The notes under the pieces were generated by a model. It was not told where the DNA came from, searched no databases, and was given only the letters and a program-made list of their open reading frames with translations. The position numbers were made by a program, and so were the translations under genes. From Leptolyngbyaceae cyanobacterium (lineage in GTDB: Bacteria; Cyanobacteriota; Cyanobacteriia; Phormidesmidales; Phormidesmidaceae), in NCBI GenBank assembly GCA_965263355.1, contig CBDHHL010000046.1, positions 64,001 through 128,000 of the forward strand: a DNA stretch of 64,000 nt, in the 5' to 3' direction. Positions 63,789-64,000 of this stretch are shown here, piece by piece; within the stretch, counting starts at the first letter, position 1, and each line of letters starts with the position of its first letter.

Positions 63789-64000
63789 AATGATTAAGTT
63801 AACTGATAAGAAGGTCACATTAAGCCTAAACATTAAAAATATGTATGTGGTTATCAGCCACAAACATTTCCAAATAGCTAAAATTACAGATGCCCAAACG
63901 CTCGAGTCTTTCAGCCGAGAAGCTTGGACCCCCTTGGATGATTTTAGCAGGTCTAGGTCAAATAAGATGGATTTCGACATACAATTTACTATCCGTGTAG
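63778..64000 (+). CDS. Hypothetical protein (3'-truncated by window edge)
   Basis: Open frame from ATG 63778 to the window end, overlapping the upstream stop. Confidence 0.5.
   Translation, partial: MLTEMIKLTDKKVTLSLNIKNMYVVISHKHFQIAKITDAQTLESFSREAWTPLDDFSRSRSNKMDFDIQFTIRV

Noticed and set aside
1..64000. CRISPR array, integrase/transposase, reverse transcriptase/DGR, or stop-codon reassignment
   Set aside because: I saw no repeat-spacer periodicity or diagnostic motifs; genes are long and densely packed in the standard code with all three stops used.

Overview
This is a 64-kb segment of a large tailed dsDNA phage, most likely a jumbo myovirus using the standard genetic code. I saw no rRNA, CRISPR array, integrase or transposase. 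Bases 1-2.2 kb (+) carry a RusA resolvase and a highly charged protein. Bases 2.2-44 kb (mostly -) form a morphogenesis region with lysis-like membrane genes, very large tail/baseplate proteins built from a repeated beta-module, a sigma factor, a tape-measure-like protein, an amidase, a GroES-like gene, a frameshifted tail-chaperone pair and a divergent RecA. Bases 44-64 kb form an accessory region of short, apparently leaderless transcription units on both strands. The most striking signal is non-coding. Directly downstream of an uncharacterised 243-aa gene (55973-55242, -) lie two tandem circularly permuted tRNA folds. Each has its acceptor stem closed by a loop, has no anticodon loop (Y-RNA/YrlA-like topology) and caps a long irregular stem, and a terminator follows. 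About 1.5 kb away, a ~330-nt nested structured RNA encloses a third tRNA fold whose anticodon loop is non-canonical. Other highlights are a second lambda-type -1 frameshift site on a non-tail gene, a sigma28-like leaderless promoter class that may belong to the phage sigma factor, and a dispersed gene family sharing a short N-terminal motif. All product calls come from motif recognition by eye; no database searches were run.
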